From a virus, in IMG/VR virus record IMGVR_UViG_3300029720_000150, positions 1-6,470 of that record: a DNA stretch of 6,470 nt, one strand, 5' to 3'. Within the stretch, counting starts at the first letter, position 1. Each line of letters begins with the position of its first letter. The notes below the pieces were generated by a model that made no database searches, was not told where the DNA came from, and worked only from the letters and a program-made list of their open reading frames with translations. Below, in pieces: positions 3,820-6,470 of this stretch. The position numbers were made by a program, and so were the translations under genes.

Positions 3820-5754
3820 ATGGCAAATCGTTCTAATGTTATGGGTTTACACGGCCTTAAAAATAAGCCGTCTAGAAACTCTTTTGATGTTTCTGCCCGA
3901 AATCTTTTTACCGCTAAAATCGGTGAACTCTTGCCTTGTGCCGTTTATGAAATGAACCCTGGTGATTCTATTCGTATTGACGCAAGTTATTTTACTCGTA
4001 CTGCTCCATTGCAGACTGCAGCATTCACTCGTCTTCGTGAGAATGTTCAGTTCTTTTTTGTGCCTTATTCTCAGCTTTGGAAGTATTTTAATACTCAAGT
4101 TTTGAATATGAGTACTAGTGCTTCTGGACAAGATGTTTCTCGTATCGCTACTTCCCCTTTTTCTAATGAAAAAGTTTCTACGGGTATGCCTTATGTTTCT
4201 TATTTTGCTTTGCATAGGTATTTATTTAACATGGGTCAGGCTGCTAATAATCAGTTAGGTACGGATTTCGAAGATAATTTCGCTAATTCTGTTTTTGATA
4301 ATAATGGCGAATTCCGTTGGGCTGCTTCTTCTAAGTTGCTTCAGTTGTTAGGTTATGGTCGTTTTGATTATCAGAATATGTCACCTGCTAATTTTGATCC
4401 TGTTACTGTTACTGGTATGTCACATCTTCCTAATGTGTCTATTTTCCGTTTGCTTGCTTACCAAAAAATTTGTAACGATCATTATCAGTTCCGTCAGTGG
4501 CAGGGATATGATGCATCTTTGTGTAATGTTGATTATGTAAAACCGTCTGGTTCGATGGATTTATCTCCTCAGCTTGATCAGATAAACTTTAGTACTGGCG
4601 AAAATGCTAACAGATTGAATTTTTTGGATTTGCGTTTTAGTAATCTTCCTTTAGATTATCTTAACGGTGTTCTTCCTACTGCTCAGTTTGGTTCTGAGAG
4701 TGTTGTTTCTATAGGTTCTGACCTTAACTCTCTTGATGGTGATTTGCTTCCTAATACTGAAGCTCACGCTAGTTCTGGTGGTTTAGTTGTTCGTCGTTAT
4801 AATAATAATAATGGTCAATGGCAAGATCGTATTCAAATCGGTGAGCTTACGCCGATTCCTAGTGATACTCATCTTGAGGCTTTTTACAGAGATCAATCGT
4901 CTGATAGAGATGTTAATTTTACTTTTGATATCTCAAACGCTTCTTTCTCTGGTGCTGTTTCTATTGCTGCTCTTCGTCAGGCTTATGCAGCTCAGAAGTA
5001 TAAGGAGATTCAGTTAGCTAATGATGTGGATTTTGTTAGTCAGATTGAAGCACATTTTGGTGTTAAGCCTAAGCATGCTGATGATACATCTTATTTTATT
5101 GGTGGTTCGTCTTCTATGATTGATATTAATCCTATTGTCAATCAGAATTTGTCTGGTGATGCGCAAGCTAATTATAAAGCTTCTCCTATTGGCAATGGTT
5201 CTTCAAAGATTAAGTTTACTGCTGATACTTATGGTGTTGTTATGGGTATTTATCGTTGTACCCCTGTACTTGATTATGCTCATATTGGTATTGATAGAAC
5301 TCTTTGTAAGACTGATGCGTCTGATTTCGTTATTCCAGAGATGGATAGTATTGGTATGCAGCAAAATTATCTTTTTGAAGTTCAAGCTCCATCTTTTAAT
5401 TCAGTAAATCATGGTTTTGTTGATGATGAAAATTTTGCTCAGTCTTATGGATACGCTCCTCGTTACTCTGAGTATAAAACTAATTATGACAAGTATAATG
5501 GTGATTTTTGTTTCACTCTTGATTCTTGGGTTACCGGTCTTCCTGCTAATATGATTGATGAGATTTGTCGTCACAATCTTTCATCTATGCAGATTGCACC
5601 AGAGCTTTTTAATTGTCGTCCGTCACTTTGTAATAGTATTTTTGTAAATCAAAATAACTATTTGGTTTCTGATGATAAACTTTATGTAGGTATGGTTAAT
5701 ATGGCTTATGTTACTCGTAACTTGAGTCGTTACGGACTTCCTTATTCTAACTAA
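3820..5754 (+). CDS. Major capsid protein VP1 (Microviridae F-protein family), 644 aa
   Basis: The N-terminal region is ...SRNSFDVS...LFTAKIGELLPCAVYEMNPGDSIRIDASYFTRTAPLQTAAFTRLRENVQFFFVPYSQLW. The C-terminal region contains ...GYAPRYSEYKT.... Both are characteristic of microvirus capsid jelly-roll proteins. It is the largest ORF, with strong T-ending codon bias. Confidence 0.95.
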   Translation: MANRSNVMGLHGLKNKPSRNSFDVSARNLFTAKIGELLPCAVYEMNPGDSIRIDASYFTRTAPLQTAAFTRLRENVQFFFVPYSQLWKYFNTQVLNMSTSASGQDVSRIATSPFSNEKVSTGMPYVSYFALHRYLFNMGQAANNQLGTDFEDNFANSVFDNNGEFRWAASSKLLQLLGYGRFDYQNMSPANFDPVTVTGMSHLPNVSIFRLLAYQKICNDHYQFRQWQGYDASLCNVDYVKPSGSMDLSPQLDQINFSTGENANRLNFLDLRFSNLPLDYLNGVLPTAQFGSESVVSIGSDLNSLDGDLLPNTEAHASSGGLVVRRYNNNNGQWQDRIQIGELTPIPSDTHLEAFYRDQSSDRDVNFTFDISNASFSGAVSIAALRQAYAAQKYKEIQLANDVDFVSQIEAHFGVKPKHADDTSYFIGGSSSMIDINPIVNQNLSGDAQANYKASPIGNGSSKIKFTADTYGVVMGIYRCTPVLDYAHIGIDRTLCKTDASDFVIPEMDSIGMQQNYLFEVQAPSFNSVNHGFVDDENFAQSYGYAPRYSEYKTNYDKYNGDFCFTLDSWVTGLPANMIDEICRHNLSSMQIAPELFNCRPSLCNSIFVNQNNYLVSDDKLYVGMVNMAYVTRNLSRYGLPYSN

Positions 5755-5768
5755 TTAATTTATATATT

Positions 5769-6197
5769 ATGAGTATTAGAAATTATAAAACTAAGTGTTA
5801 TATACCTCCTATTGGTGAGGATTTGCAGCACGACATTTGTGAAGAAGGTATTTCTTTTCATTCAGATATTACACTTCTTAGTCGTCTTTCTGATATGCGT
5901 CTTTCTCAGTCGCTTATGGATGGTATTTTATCTCGTTTCTCTCAGGTCAAGGATACTATGCCTCAAGAGCTTTCCGAGAAGTTTGCTTCTTTGGATGATT
6001 TCAAGAAGATGGATTTCACCGATTCACGATATTTGCAATCTCTTTCGGATAAGAAGTCTGCTTTGTCTTCATTCATTGATGATTATGATAAGAAACTTTC
6101 TGAAATGAATGATTCTCTGGAAAAGTCTAAACTTGCTTCTGCTCGTAAGAATTTGGATAATTATATTTTGTCTATGTTCTCTGATGAGGATAAATAA
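5769..6197 (+). CDS. Hypothetical acidic, predicted helical protein, 142 aa; possible internal scaffolding (VP3-like) protein
   Basis: This is a clean ORF 14 nt after VP1, lying between VP1 and VP2. It is rich in Asp, Glu, Ser and Leu and its size resembles gokushovirus VP3. The functional call rests only on position, size and composition. Confidence 0.75.
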   Translation: MSIRNYKTKCYIPPIGEDLQHDICEEGISFHSDITLLSRLSDMRLSQSLMDGILSRFSQVKDTMPQELSEKFASLDDFKKMDFTDSRYLQSLSDKKSALSSFIDDYDKKLSEMNDSLEKSKLASARKNLDNYILSMFSDEDK

Positions 6198-6202
6198 TTT
6201 AT

Positions 6203-6227
6203 GCCCCCTTTTTAGGGGGCTTTGTTT
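6203..6227 (+). terminator. Intrinsic-terminator-like hairpin GCCCCC-ttttta-GGGGGC followed by TTTGTTT
   Basis: The stem 6203-6208 / 6215-6220 is an all-G:C perfect 6-bp helix. The loop is 6 nt and a T-rich tract follows at 6221-6227. It lies 5 nt after the stop codon of the 142-aa ORF. Confidence 0.6.
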
Positions 6228-6245
6228 AATTTAATTTTATTGCTT

Positions 6246-6470
6246 ATGTCTGCTGTTCTTGGTGCTGCTGCTCTTACTGCTGGTGCTAGTCTTGCTGGTT
6301 CACTTTTTGGTGCTAATAAACAGGATAAAAATGCACAAGCACAAAGAGAGTGGCAAGAAAAAATGTATTTGATGGACAGGGATTATAACTCTGCTGCTAA
6401 TCAACGTAAGCGTTGGGAAGAAGCAGGTTTAAATCCTAACCTTATGATGAATGGTTCTGCTGGTTCTGTT
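6246..6470 (+). CDS. Minor capsid / DNA pilot protein VP2-like, 5' portion (runs off the window; 6382-6470 duplicates 1-89)
   Basis: ATG 6246 is the first ATG after the in-frame TAG at 6213-6215. The translation is MSAVLGAAALTAGASLAGSLFGANKQDKNAQAQREWQEKMYLMDRDYNSAANQRKRWEEAGLNPNLMMNGSAGSV. It continues without a break into the 1..887 ORF. Confidence 0.8.
   Translation, partial: MSAVLGAAALTAGASLAGSLFGANKQDKNAQAQREWQEKMYLMDRDYNSAANQRKRWEEAGLNPNLMMNGSAGSV
6382..6470. repeat. Terminal redundancy of a circular contig (identical to 1-89)
   Basis: All 89 nt are identical to the window start. Confidence 0.95.

Noticed and set aside
48-5385. Minus-strand ORFs (48-311, 199-432, 2281-2520, 2780-2977, 3225-3419, 3847-4215, 5203-5385)
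   Set aside because: All lie antisense within well-supported plus-strand genes and have odd Arg/Ile/Asn/His-rich composition. Microviruses transcribe a single strand. These are probably shadow ORFs.
4355-5407. Hydrophobic alternative-frame ORFs inside VP1 (4355-4540, 4787-5017, 5120-5407), plus 667-900, 2507-2704 and 5812-6108
   Set aside because: All of them are Leu/Ile/Phe/Val/Met-rich. Those I frame-checked use the host gene's T-rich third codon position as their middle base. That position cannot form stop codons and encodes only hydrophobic residues. This is a compositional artefact.
6181-6227. Hammerhead ribozyme core (CTGATGA at 6181-6187)
   Set aside because: It lies inside the 142-aa coding sequence. 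No stem II followed by GAAA and no stem III cleavage-site arrangement lies downstream. The nearby hairpin is better explained as a terminator.

Overview
The window is one complete circular ssDNA phage genome of the family Microviridae, written with an assembly overlap. Bases 1-89 are identical to 6382-6470, so the genome unit is 6,381 nt. All convincing genes lie on the + strand and share a strong T-ending codon bias. In order they are: a pilot/minor capsid VP2-like gene that wraps the junction (6246..6470 joined to 1..887, 340 aa), an 89-aa ORFan, a 66-aa membrane or lipoprotein-like ORF, the HUH replication initiator VP4 (phiX174 gene A type), the major capsid protein VP1 (644 aa), and a 142-aa acidic protein that may be a scaffolding protein. 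Genome size, SD-less AT-rich translation starts and two TAnnTTTG motifs suggest an Alpavirinae-like microvirus with a Bacteroidota host; this is inference. The unusual part is an 853-nt stretch (888-1740, about 13% of the genome) with no credible ORF on either strand. It has three zones. The first is a spacer of about 21% GC holding an inverted repeat. The second is a block of about 57% GC containing two tandem 57-nt hairpin-forming repeats, at least eight further stable hairpins (several with a shared GGCAA apex and paralogous compensatory changes), 10-nt direct repeats and a long-range helix. The third is an AT-rich promoter-like zone. This layout resembles the hairpin-rich intergenic region of filamentous ssDNA phages more than the short intergenic regions of well-studied microviruses such as phiX174. 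It could be a structured ncRNA, a complementary-strand or packaging origin, or an integration module. Nothing here was checked against databases. All homology statements come from motif recognition by eye.
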